DNA of 64,000 bases from Pseudovirgaria hyperparasitica (taxonomy: Eukaryota). The stretch lies in assembly GCA_010093815.1 (NCBI GenBank), contig ML996573.1; one strand, written 5' to 3'. Under the pieces are notes generated by a model, which saw nothing but the letters and a program-made list of their open reading frames with translations, was not told the DNA's origin and did not search any database. How positions within the stretch are numbered: the first letter of the stretch is position 1; the number at the start of each line of letters is the position of its first letter. The position numbers were made by a program, and so were the translations under genes. Of the stretch, positions 49,184 to 61,352 are shown one piece after another.

Positions 49184-51144
49184 ATGTCTGACCTCATCGA
49201 GTCCGAGAAGAAGGGTCCCCTGCCCGAAGTCCATCTCGTCGAGACGCGAGACACAGAGACCAGGGGGAATTCACAAGGGGAAACGTCGTCAGGGCCAGAG
49301 TCAGCCAGACCACAGCTGACTGAGAAATCAGTCGGCTGTGCACCCCCTACAGCAACAGTACGAGATGTTAGGCCCAAACCTATCATCTTGGAAGAAAATG
49401 CATATCCGGAGCTACTCGCTTATAGCTGGCCGACGTGGAAAAAATGGGTTCATCTGACGGTGGTATTCTTCGTTCAGATATCCATGAACTACAATGCATC
49501 TGTTGTCGGGAACGCCCTGGGCCTTCTCGAAAAAAGGTTTGAAATCACGGAATTTCAGGCCCGACTTCAGATGTTTGCATTCCTTGTTGCATATGCTTTT
49601 GGTTGTGAGCTCTGGGCACCGTAAGTACCTTCCATCTCCTTTAAATCGCCATACTAACAGATAACCTAGTTGGAGCGAGGACTTTGGACGCAGATGGATC
49701 TTGACGGGCAGTCTGTTGCTCGTAAACATCTGGGCAGCCATGTGTGGTAGTGCTACAAACTTCACCACTATCATGGTTGGCCGTGTTCTTGGTGGTTTAT
49801 GCTCTGCTGGTGGCTCTATCACTCTCGGCATCGTCGCCGATATGTTCCGACCTGACGAGCAAGGCTATGCGGTGAACTTCGTCGTCCTAGCCTCTGTCAG
49901 TGGATCGGTGGTCGGGCCTGTCGTCGGTGGCTATCTGGAAGAGAATGTCGAATGGGAATGGAACTTCTGGTCCCAGGTGATATTCGGTGTTCTCGTCATG
50001 GCCGCCTTCGTAGCATTGCCCGAAACGAGAGCCAAGGAGATCCTCAACTGTAAGTGTACACCACCATATTTATTTCGCTGTACTAATTGAATGGTACAGC
50101 CAAGGCAAAAGCCTTACGGACTGATGCGGCGAAAGAGGGCAGACCATGTCACATCAAGGGACCAAGGGAAAACGTAGATATCATGAGCAGACGGCAAATT
50201 CTTACCGGTCATCCAGAAACGTGGAGACACATCTTCACCATCTGGCTTCGACCCTTCAAGATGTTTGTCACAGAGCCTATCGTACTGTTTCTGTCGCTAC
50301 TCAGCGGATTCAGTGATGCTCTGATATTTACGTTCCTGAATTCCTATGGTGTTGTGTTCAAGGAGCCCTATAAATTAGGGCCTGTTCAGATTGGGCATGG
50401 GTTCCTCTTGTAAGTCATTGCCCTACACCACGTCTCAATTAGAACCAACTAATGCTGTTTGTAGCCTCATCGTTGGCTACATCATTGGGTATGTGGCTTA
50501 CATCGTCGATTTCTGGGTCAAGAAGAGGAGGTCAAAGAGGTCCGGCGAGCCAATTAATCCGGAATCGCGTCTGTTCCTTCTGTTGTTCAGTAAGTTATCC
50601 AAAGCCCTGACTCGTAGCATTCTCTTACAGGTATGCAGTTGCTCCCTTCCTGCCCGTAGGCATGTTCCTCTTCGCCTGGCTCAGTGAGCCTAGCATCGTT
50701 TCCAGCCCGTGGCCTGCGCTCTCCTCCACCGTGTTGGTCGGTATCGCAAACTACGCCATCTATCTCGCCACCGTTGATTACATGGTCGCCGCCTATGGTG
50801 CCTTTGCTGCTTCTGCCACTGGTGGTAACGGTTTTGCCCGTGATCTGCTCGCTGGTATCTCAGCACTATACGCAAATCCTTTGTACGAGAACGTTGGACG
50901 ACCTGAGAACACCAGGAATGGGAGTGTCATACTTGCGTGCATATCGATCGGTGTAATCATACCGATCTATGCATTCTACTTCAAGGGCGAATGGATTCGG
51001 GGACACAGCAGTATGGCAGAGGATTTCAAGAAGCAGGAAGCTGTTCGGGAAGAGCAATTGACCGGCTCACGCCGACCGACTCCTATTGGCTCTCGTCGGA
51101 ACTCCTCCACTGGGGAAGTGGACATCGCCTTCGGAACGGCATAA
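49184..51144 (+). CDS. MFS drug:H+ antiporter (DHA1/TPO-like), 5 exons
   Basis: WPTWKKW, WAPWSEDFGR, PETR, LRPFKMFVTEPIV and PESRL motifs. Introns 49621-49669, 50050-50099, 50410-50464 and 50590-50638. Confidence 0.9.
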
Positions 51145-52180
51145 TGTCTGACATCGGTGGCCCATTCCAGGAATATACGGCCGCAGAAGCTCCGTATCAG
51201 ACATTGCCCGGCTGTCCATCCTACGACCAACTGTCTGCAGAAGCTGCACGTCAAATACCGTCCACCGCCAAAATTAGTCCCTCTACGGGAGGCTCTCGCT
51301 CAACCTCGTTCAGTAAAGATAATGCCCAGATCACGAAGTTTTCAGTTCGATTCTCGGAGTCCATTCTAGCATCTACACACTTTTGATAGCATCGAACACT
51401 TGATACCCCCATGTCATTGGCACACGCGTTCTTTCCAGATTCTTTCTTTTCACGGTCAGAATCATAGCATATTTTAGTAGCATAGGCGCGTCGGCTTTAT
51501 GCAGTTATTGATATCCTCAACCGGCGGCATAGATGTTTTGACCTGGTCTCGGATATTAGCGGATCGCAACATGTTACATTCCCCATCTCCAGAGTCAGCG
51601 TTAGTAGCAGCCGCATACCAGTTGTTTCGGCGGGTTGTGGAGGACTTGCCACCTGGCAGCCCACGATCACGCTTCTTGATAGACACTACATAGCAATTAC
51701 AACATGTGTCATCAACCAGTCACTTTTTTTGTGCTCTAACCTGAATGTTTACCGACTCGACTTGGACTGGAGGAGTTGCACGTAGCTCGTGCTGAGCCGG
51801 GGTGTCGCGTAAGGCTGGCTGGTGGTGGAGAACTTTGAGTGGGATGGAGTGGTGTATCTAGAGCTTGTGATATGTGCTTTTGGTAATCGTAATCGTAATC
51901 GTAGGGCTAATGGTAGGTTTATGCCGAACCCAGTGACAAGTCACCACGCCCGGGCTTTCTGTTAGGTGGTACCTACTTGGTCGTGGCATTATGAGGGATA
52001 CGACTATTCTTCTTATTTTTCATTCTTTTTTTTGGGGGGGGGGACGGCGGAGGGGCGGAGGGGAGTATCTTTGGGTATAGTATAATGAATAAAGTATGTG
52101 CAGAAATCATATTACACTGGACTTTGGGCTAGCTGATGAGCTATTACAGGTTAGTTACTATTTGTCGGTTTGACGTTGCC

Positions 52181-52216
52181 TTTTTTTTTTTTTTTTTTTG
52201 GGGGGGGGGGGGGGGG
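52181..52216. repeat. T19-G17 homopolymer junction
   Basis: Seen directly. A smaller T8-G10 junction lies at 52026-52043. Confidence 0.9.
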
Positions 52217-52481
52217 TGAAAGGCAGAAGAAGAAAACAACAAAGGGGATTTAGCTTCGTTTTGGACGGTACGATGAGTGTGGTTTAAGGGTAGGTGGTAG
52301 TGGTTGATTGGGACTAGACTGTTGTTTCTGGGATATATATATATATATTCATTCTCTTTTCGGTCGAATCTGGTTCCCAAACTCTGTGATCCGTGTTGGG
52401 GTCGTATGGAAAGTTTGGAGACTAAAGATAGGAAAGGAGACTGGCTATCTTGATATAATGTTGTTTGCTGGAATCTTAAGC

Positions 52482-52600
52482 ACATTCGGCCATACCAACC
52501 AGAAAGCAAGCGGTCCCGTTCGCTCCCGCCTATTTAAGCTGGTTAGGGGTGGATTAGTAGTTAGGTGGGTGACCACTAGCGAATACCCACTGCTGAATGT
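52482..52600 (+). rRNA. Dispersed 5S rRNA gene
   Basis: 119 nt. Helix I ACATTCGGC/GCTGAATGT, helix II CCAACCAG/CTGGTTAGG, conserved CCCGTTCGCTC and TTAGTAGTT...GGGTGACCAC..GCGAA. Followed by a T-run terminator and preceded by TATA at about -28. Confidence 0.95.
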
Positions 52601-52734
52601 TTTGTGTTTTGGGTCTCGTTCAGGAAAAGAAAGACTGCTGTTTGTGATGTGTTTTGGGTTGTTTTAGAGTTTAGATTATTAGTGTTATTGGATTTTTTTG
52701 ATGAGTGGTTAGTTGTTAGATTATCGAGTTGGTG

Positions 52735-52893
52735 CAGTCAAACCTCGTTATGGCAATATCCTTAGTATAAAAATACGAACCTCGTGGACGAAATCGAGAT
52801 CTTGCCAGCAAACGAATCCGTTATTACAATATTCTCGTTATAGCGATACGATTGAACCGGCCGTGTTCGTATCGTTATAACGGGATTCGACTG
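52735..52893. mobile_element. 159-bp MITE with pogo/Tigger-like (Tc1-mariner superfamily) TIRs
   Basis: Left end CAGTCAAACCTCGTTATGGCAATA matches the reverse complement of the right end CAGTCGAATCCCGTTATAACGATA. Right flank is TA and left flank is TG. Internal CGTTAT-core repeats are present. Confidence 0.7.
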
Positions 52894-53320
52894 TATATCG
52901 CTAAGAATGCGCGAGACCTGGGAGAGGATAAGAGATTACTAGATGTTCAATATGATAAGATGCCCTATAGCTTAGCATAAGATGTGATGTTTTTACACTA
53001 CAGCTAAATATAATAACCAACAAAACATCTTCAAGATATTGAAATGGAAGGGCGTAGTGAAAATATACCTTTTGACCGGATACCGCTAACCTAAAGCGGA
53101 AGACGGTCTAGGCTTCGCCAAGAGGGCTGAATCATGCCAAAGACCTTGCTTAGCCACCTCCGCCGCCATCATTTGTACTTATTACTTAATCTAAGTAGGC
53201 GACGTAAGACGATCTCGTTGATTAACTTGAGGGCGATTTTGGAGGTCGTACCATGTAACCACGCTTCGGCAAACATCACAAGTTACACCGTACTGTCCAG
53301 CCGAGGCCCATAAGAAGAAG

Positions 53321-54441
53321 ATGGCAAGCCCTAATGGAGAAGCCTACGAACGCCGGCGAGAACAGGTTCGACGAGCTCAGAAGTAAGCCTTTGTTATATA
53401 TCACATGACTAAATCCCAGAATCTTCACAGGTGTTGACCTAGTAACACAGATCCCATCGCGCACGCAAAGCAACCTACGTCAAGTCCCTCGAATCCGAGG
53501 TCAGCGAGCTCCGGAGAGAAAACGCCACTCAGGCCGCCCTGATACGTACGCTGAGAGACTCCCTCATCACCAACGGCATCCCCATTCCTGCCGAGAGCCA
53601 TGTACCAGTCGCCACCATCGAAGTAGGTAATCGTCGCCTCTTGTACCAAGAGATCTCCGCCCGGTTCAAGGCCGACGACTCCTCTCCGGACCCGAATCGC
53701 GCATTCGCATTTCCGCACACGCCGCCGCAAGCACCACCCTCACAGAGCAGTTTTGGCGGCGATACAAGCCACAGCGACTCCGACTTTCTTACTCCGCCGA
53801 CCAGTATATGTGCGCCCTTGGAGCGAGTGTCTTCCGCTACTTCATCCGCCTCCATCCCCGGACCATCCTTCGGACTCGCCTCGGGACTCGCCTCCGCTCC
53901 CTCCCTACTGCAAAACACCACAGAGACCACCACCACCACCACCACCCCTGGCACCACCATCTACGCACACCCCCAAGGCCTCGACGCCACCCAAGTCGGC
54001 GTCAACTTCGTCCTCAGCCTCGAATCCCCCTGCCTCTACCACCACCGCCTAATCATGCCCGAAATGCTCCTCCTCAGCGGCCAAATCGGCAACGGCCACC
54101 GCCAAATGCTCAGCGCGCCCATCATGGCCCGCGCCCCCGAGTACAGCTTCAATCCGCTCCACCTAGGCATGCCGTCCGATGCACGCTGGGATGTGCCCGT
54201 GCGTGAGCTGGAGAACTTGTTGAAGGGTGCCGGGGAGTTGGGCTTGGCGGAGGGGGAAATCACGCCGGTGCAAGGGTGGATGTGGTTGAGGCGGCATCCG
54301 CGGTTTGGAAGGTTGGGGTTTGAGGGGTTGGAGGAAATGAGGGGGGGCTTGGTGCCGTTGGTGGAGTGTCATGGGTTTGGCGCGGTGTTGGATCGGGGCA
54401 GGTTTGTGGAGGTTGTGGAGAGGGTGCTGGCGGCGGTGTGA
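53321..54441 (+). CDS. bZIP transcription factor, 2 exons
   Basis: ERRREQVRRAQK/SHRARKATYVKSLESEVSEL across intron 53383-53450. C-terminal fungal domain VNFVLSLESPC...EITPVQGW...CHGFGAV. Confidence 0.9.
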
Positions 54442-54718
54442 TGAGGTGGGGTCGGTGAGGTAAGTCGTGGCTTCCACTCCAGCTTGACGCTGGAGGGGCT
54501 GGCGTCAAGCTTCCTCCTGCCTGGATGCAAATTCGCCTTTTTGGCCTGGGCGAACGTCGTCTGGTACACGACCTTGTACTCGGCTCACGGTGTTGCGAAC
54601 ATTAACGGACCATTTATATGCCTGCTTAATCGTTGGCCCGTTCAGGATTGGCTGCCACGAGCAGAACAGATGGTAGATGACCGGACCCGCTTCACCAGAA
54701 GAGAACGACTTCACATTG

Positions 54719-54956
54719 AGGCTTGAAGTTCTGCTAGGCTTGAAGTTCTGCTAGGCTGGAAGTTCTGCTAGGCTGGAGGTTCTACTAGGCTTGAAGTTCT
54801 GCTAGGCTTGAAGTTCTGCTAGGCTGGAAGTTCTGCTAGGCTGGAGGTTCTACTAGGCTTGAAGTTCTGCTAGGCTTGAAGTTCTGCTAGGCTTGGAGTT
54901 CTGCTAGGCTTGAAGTTCTGCTAGGCTTGAAGTTCTGCTAGGCTTGGAGTTCTCCT
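54719..54956. repeat. 17-bp minisatellite, 14 copies
   Basis: Unit AGGCTTGAAGTTCTGCT with variants ordered AABC AABC AAD AAD'. Confidence 0.97.
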
Positions 54957-55374
54957 CAGACCATCGACGTGGGTCAGTGATTCCATGTCAAGAGGGCGAG
55001 AAAGTCCCAGAACAGCATTTTCATAATGTTTATGGACCCTGTACCACTCGTCCTACATTACGTCAATCGAAAGTTCTGGAGCCAAGCTGAATATATGGCT
55101 GTGTTGAGAGGGGTAAGTGAACAACCAAGGTGGTCGTCGTACAGAACGTGTTTATTCACGACACTTGTTCGCCGAGACCAGCTTTGACCCACTCAAATTT
55201 CTTCCGCCCCTTTTCTATGTCAGTTCGATCTTCTGGACGGTTGCAGCTCTCAACCTCAGCTTCTGTTCTCCCCAACGCCACTGAGGTAGGTATGTCCGAT
55301 CTTGGACGCTCCACTCACAAGTGCGCTTCTTAGCTAACGTTGTATCAGGCAAAAACAGAGACAGGACTCCCAAT

Positions 55375-57933
55375 ATGACTACAAAGATTGACCCAGTCCT
55401 TCATGACACCTACGTCAAATACAAAGATTGACCCAGTCCTTCATGACACCTACGTCAAATACAAAGCCGGGACTGAGAAAGTCGTCACCTGGTTGGCTAA
55501 GGCCGCCTACGGCACAGGTCTCCTGGACGCGTCCTTTACCAGAAGCACGGGAACCAATGCTCACTTGAAGAGACATGAGCAGAATAATCGCCAGACATCA
55601 GAGCAGACGTTCGATTTTGAAGTCAAAGACCTTAACAGGTTTGCTGATGTGATCGTTTCCTCAAACTTAAAGGTCCCACCAGCCATCCTTTATACGCTGG
55701 ACGATGTAATCGTTGCTCGGAGAGAGTGTGCTTCATGGTATAGACGGCAACTGTCTACAGACAACGATGCTCATCAGAAGAGAAATGAAAGCCATGACTA
55801 CTACATCAGCATCTTGCAGAAAATGCGAAGCAAGCTTGCTTCTACCACTCGGGAAGAAAAGCAGGAATTTAGTACTCAGGCTATCCCAAGCGAGACTCTT
55901 TCGAGCAGCTCCAGGAGACTGTCAACCCATTCTCTTTGCTCCAGTCCCCGAGCGAGCCATCCACTAGATCTGCGGGATCAAGCGATACCAAAATTGTGTT
56001 CAAGATGGAGCCTTCGATCGAAGAGACGTCAGTTGCGGTGTGGTGTCTTCTCAAGGATCTGACTGGGCTACGATACTTCATACGCCAGGCCTGGACCGAA
56101 TATAAGGAGCGTCGTATAACTCTTGAGACTGCCGCAGTTATCCATAACACGGCACTGGGACTATGCCGCGAAGTCAATCTTCATTTCATCAAATATTTCC
56201 CGCATCTGTCTGATCATGCAACGATTATTACATTCATGGATGGAAGTTACAAGCCTTCGGAACATCAACAGCACGGAGATTGGCGATACTTTGTTTTCAC
56301 ATCGCATCAGGGAGATGAATTTGCACTCTATCAGCCTGTCATTACATGCAACACTGTGCATAGAATGACAATGTCACTTATGACAATGCCCGTCGTTTCT
56401 TGGTATGAGCACAGACGAGCGCCTCTACTTACAGATGATGAAGACAACTTGATGTTCTGTGTTTCTTATTTGACACTCTTAAGTGTCGGACGCCTCAAGA
56501 CCATGGACAATGATGACGACATGATGGTTCAAGCTATCCTTCAGAGCAGGACGGATGGAATCTACTACTCGTGGGCTGTCTTCGCTCTCCAATCTCTTAC
56601 TGACTGTCAACGCATCCTAGGCAAGGACCGCTCCCGGGGCTTCCAGGACCTTCAAGCTTCCTGCAAGTGGTATAAGGAATCTATCGAGGCCACTGTCCGC
56701 TTTGGATATTCATCGGGGGTTAGCAAGTGGCATGAAAAGAACGAAAGCATCCTTCTCGGGATGGTCTCGGACTTTAGTGAAAGCGTTGAAGAAGATGAGT
56801 TGGAGGCTCTCTATAAGCTAAATCAGTCCGCAGCCGGCAAAGTGGATCGGGAGAAATTCTTTTTCATGAAGAAAAATCCTATGCTATGTGGACTTAAGCT
56901 TATGAAGTTGTTGTTATCATTCCATCAACTAGGACTGGAGTTGGTAAACAACCATTTCGCTCTTTTAACAGCTATACACACGTATAATGCATTCTTGGAC
57001 CCAGTCAATACTGCAAGTAGCCACAAATGGACCGACTTGGAGACGATCATCAAAAGACAAGACTCGAAGAAAGTATTTGCTGGCGATAGACCTACTGAAA
57101 GTGGCGACCATCAAATGCACTTTGCTCTCGCCTTAGGTGCTGACCGAGCGAAACTGTTGAAACTTCGCCGAAAACAAAAGGGACGCATGAAGCTTGCTTG
57201 GCGCGGCGGAACTATAGGTTCCATGTCAACATACCTCCATTCGTGCATTAAAAAGGCTGGTAAAATCGTGAATCTCCATAGGCTCATCCCCAACTTTGTC
57301 ACCGTAGCGGGCTTAGTGGCAAGAAGTGTCCCAGGTGCTTCGAATGATCCCGGTAGTGCCAGACTCAGCTCACTGGAAGTGCTCTCAGTGCTCAAGGAGA
57401 GCTTGAGCAGAGACGCGATATTTCTCCGCTGGGATTTGTTCGCGATGAACAAGCACTCTCTGGAGTTCATTCTGAAGATTACGGAGATACGTCTCGACTC
57501 GGATAATTCGCAGCCTAAAAAGAATTCGCCGGTCGGTTTCCAGAAGCTCCCAGGCGTGATGCTACACGTGCTCGGATTCGACATGCGGTCCTCACCGCGA
57601 TTTCCAGAACTGTGCGCGATCGTAAACGCTCATGTGGCTTCTGTATCTGCAGTAGAGAGCCAGAAGGCAATGATCCGATGTGGGACCGTGTCTCAGAACA
57701 GCCCGCCGCATAGAGACGGCTTCTTCGTTCCGATTGATGATTTCGTCCCACACAGCTTGAGACAGAACGCTAAACTATTCTCTGTGCCTAACTTAGGGCT
57801 GCAGTTGTTGGTGTCCCGCAGTGTGTGGAGACTTGATAATACGATGCGATACCTCGAAGTCGGCGGCAAACTCAGAAACCTCCGCTTTATGAACGAGGGA
57901 GCTCCAGGAGAGGAAGCTGTCTTCCTCGAGTAA
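55375..57933 (+). pseudogene. DUF6604-like gene with a 40-bp duplication at its start and an apparent frameshift near 55873-55920
   Basis: YVKYKAGTEKVVTWL...IVARRECASWY...NESHDYYISIL N-terminal pattern. The linker motif NPFSLL and the 665-aa C-terminal part lie in a different frame, with no convincing intron. An upstream intron lies at 55286/55290-55348. Confidence 0.65.
55380..55466. repeat. Perfect 40-bp tandem duplication bounded by TACAAAG microhomology
   Basis: 55380-55419 is identical to 55420-55459. TACAAAG occurs at 55380, 55420 and 55460. Confidence 0.97.
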
Positions 57934-58780
57934 GCAAGAGCTTTCCAACGTGGCGCTTAATGCATTCTGCCTCTCAACAAATGTCAATACTTGGCAGCAT
58001 GGATAATGACAGAATTGCAAAACTGAAGCTGTTGGAACTATCAAGGCAGGCAACATCCAGAATGATGCAAAAAGGTCTACTGAACACGTAACATGATCGA
58101 CCGCGACTTCAAACCACATCTCTCTGCTCACATCTGGTTTTGTTCTGTTATACAAATATACATGTAGTCGTACGTAAGGCCCTCTTGTTCTTCTGTTGAC
58201 TGAACAGTTCTGTCTCAAAAGATTATCTTGGATCTACTGGGGATTACACGGAGAAAAGGGGGGTCCATAGTGCTGAGGCAATTGATGTACAATAACTAAT
58301 AGATGCTGTCTTGGTTTTGCCTTCGAGAAGTAGTCAAGTGTCGTACCATATTGTACTTTTTCTTTCACCATACAACGTACGTCGTTCCTCTGGTGTGTTC
58401 GACGTGAACAGAATTGCTACCATGACTGACTCAGGTCTCAGAGTAGGCCATGCAAAGCAGGGTCACGGTCGGGGTCATCATTCATAAGAGCAACAGTAGA
58501 GGGTTGGGGTCAATAACACATGGGGTCAGATGTGACAATGGAAGATGTAACGATACCAGGATATTTCAATTAATTTCTATCATGAGTGAAGTGCACAACT
58601 ACACACCAACGAAAGCTGGTCAGTAGATATTGCCCCAAAAAGGCCTATGCGCCGTACCCAACGCTTTGGCAAAATGCGGGGAAGCTCAAAATCGTCTAGA
58701 CCTCTATACTTCTATAACAACGGACATCTGGACTTTGGAGTCATCACCTCCCGTTGTATCTTCTTGAGGACCTCTCCGAG

Positions 58781-59590
58781 TTAGTGGGTGCCGTTTCCGT
58801 TAGCTCCAGCCGCTTTCATTTGCGTGTCGGCGTACAGCTTATCGAGGTACTCCTTCTTTCCTGCAATGGTCGCCTTGAAGGTCGCGGCTCCGGGATTCCA
58901 GTTCGCGGGGCACACTTCGCCGTACTTGTCGGTGAACTGGAATGCGTCGATGAGGCGAAGGGTCTCATCCACACTGCGGCCGACGGGCAAGTCGTTGATA
59001 GTGATCTGGTGAGTGACTTCATGTCAGCACGATTATCCAATTTACCTCTGCGCACCGCCATGTTTCAGTTCCGTTTCATATCGAAACATACCTGTCTGAC
59101 TATGCCCTTAGGGTCGATCAAAAAGATGCCGCGCAACGCAATGCCTTCCTCCTCAATCAAGACGCCATAGTCCTTGCTCAGCTTGAGGTTCTTGTCGCTC
59201 AACAGGGGGATCTTGATCCCGCCGAGTCCGTTGTCTGCTCGGCTCGTTTTGTTCCAGGCTAGGAGACTGTACTCGCTGTCGGTGCTGGCGAAGACGACGC
59301 TGGCGCCACGCTTCTGGAATTGCTCGACGGCGTCGCTGAAGGCGATGATTTCGGTCGGGCAGACGAATGTCCATGCCATTGGTATGAAGCCGAGGACGAG
59401 CCATTGCTTGGTGGATGTGTATGTTGTTAGGCTCAGCTCTGTATATTGTTATTATATATTAGCTTCTGCGTGTTTTGAAGCGTAGAAGATAGAGTTTGGG
59501 TTATGGTGTACCTTCGAATACCCCATCGACAACAGCGGTCCCTGAGAAGGGCGGGGCAGGCTTCTGGACACGAGCAGGAACAGACGCCAT
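58781..59590 (-). CDS. TSA1: Typical 2-Cys peroxiredoxin, 3 exons
   Basis: [12 protein letters not shown] peroxidatic Cys, GRSVDETLR and GEVCPANW resolving Cys. Introns 59511-59439 and 59091-59006. Confidence 0.93.
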
Positions 59591-61352
59591 GGTGGGTATA
59601 CTTTTAATGCTGGAGGATACAGGGTTAATGCCCGGTCTCTTCGAACTGCAATCGAGCCCTATATATTCTCGCAGCGTAAGTAGAGAATTGCTTCGTTTCG
59701 TGAACGTAGTGGTGGTGGTGGTGGTGGTGGTGGGGTGTACTAGGGGGTCGGGGTGGTAAAGAGGTATCTTGACTATATAATGCTAAATGAAAAAAAAAAA
59801 CGGTGTATAGGACCGATGAGTGACCAGACTTGTGGATCTCAGGATGAGTTGGCTGAAGCTTTGACCGAATGCACTGAAACAGGCAGATAATCGCGCAGAT
59901 GGGTTTTCCTTCAACAGGCGACCGCAACTTCCACCTGATCAGTTGATACGTCCTGCCATGAGCAAGCCTGTTAGATATACGGTGCTCAAGTGACCAGTCC
60001 ATGATGGTAAGCATGGTGTGATTCCTAATATTTATCATCATGGACCCTCTAGATTTATGGATAATCGGCTCGTATCCTAGTGCGTCGACTTCTGCATTTC
60101 AATGAGCAGCTAAGCTTTCTTCGGCGTAGCTTTGCGGCCCGTCAGGTACTCCCAGGCAAAACCGGCTATATTTAGGTTCAGGGTCTGACACGTCCGACAT
60201 GCACAATTTATCACATTCTTTATCAGTCTTTTGCTTATCGATTTTGTACTGCTTTCCTCACAGTACGAAGACAGACATCTCTGTTTGTTGAACAATGTAG
60301 GTCATGGAGCCTCGAAACAAGAGTACTATCTCTTCTATTCTTCTTGCCAAGCAATCTCGTCTCACGTGACCGTTTCATATAATAACTATCTTGCAAGTAT
60401 GCTTTTAGTATACCTCAGATTTGCAAGCAAGTAGCTTGTCTAGCTCCAATGGAATCTATAGCGCGTCAAGATTACAATCGCTAATCGGGTTCAGGCGTTA
60501 GTACCATGCATCAGGGCGGTGTCACCCAAGTATCTATACTTACTATAATTTACAAAAGAGTTTGCACTAAAGCCACCATGGAGCGATGACCAGGAAATTG
60601 TACTGAGATGGTGTCACGCTCAAGTCATCCGTAGACTACTAGATGTCGAAATGCGCTACGTACCGTCACTACTGGCATCTACACCTCAAGATCAAGTGAC
60701 TGGTGCGTGCTGCGATCGACAGGTCAAGAACGTGATTGGAGCCAGCTACAGGTTTGGATATGTTGTGAAGGAGTCCAGCATTGGATAGAGGTTACGACTA
60801 TATGGACAATTGGACATGGCACAGTATGTTCACCGAACAACGGCATTGCAATACTGAGAATGACAGGCGGAATGCGTATAGCCGCATCTATGGAGCCAGT
60901 CATATAACAGAGCTGCTAGAGTTACAAATTTGAGTGCGGCCTCTACGTTCGGATACTAGGAATCAAGCTGCCTCGTGATATGACCTCGCACGACACAGTA
61001 AAAGCCAGCATGGTCTCCGAATCGCACCCAACTGAGGTCGCACAACAGGACTGGAGTCAGCCTTCGTAGTTCAATTGGAACACTACAAGTGAACAATCTG
61101 GCACTCTGTTGCCTGCGATGCATTTGTCTGCATTAGAGGAATGTGCGGACTGTCAGTGAAAGTCGAATATTCGCAACTTTCGGAGTCAAAACTCAAAGCT
61201 GTTTGCTAGAGAACGAACCAGTCAAGTAAAGCACGTAAGACGCTTCTTTGATGTCAATAGGACATAACATCATTATATTCGTCAATGGTCCATTAGTCTG
61301 ATGCTCTTTTGGACGACAGTATCCGTTCCATTACCATTCTCAATGTGCATGT

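Noticed and set aside
52308..52667. 119-aa ORF
   Set aside because: Runs through the 5S rRNA gene and has no ATG-based coding signal.
53360..53375. tRNA-like GGTTCGA motifs (also near 5565 and 48644)
   Set aside because: No cloverleaf or A-box context, and the 53360 motif lies within the bZIP exon.
54719..54956. CRISPR array or heat-shock element array
   Set aside because: There are no unique spacers and the context is eukaryotic. The GAA-G-TTC spacing is one base short of nGAAnnTTCn.
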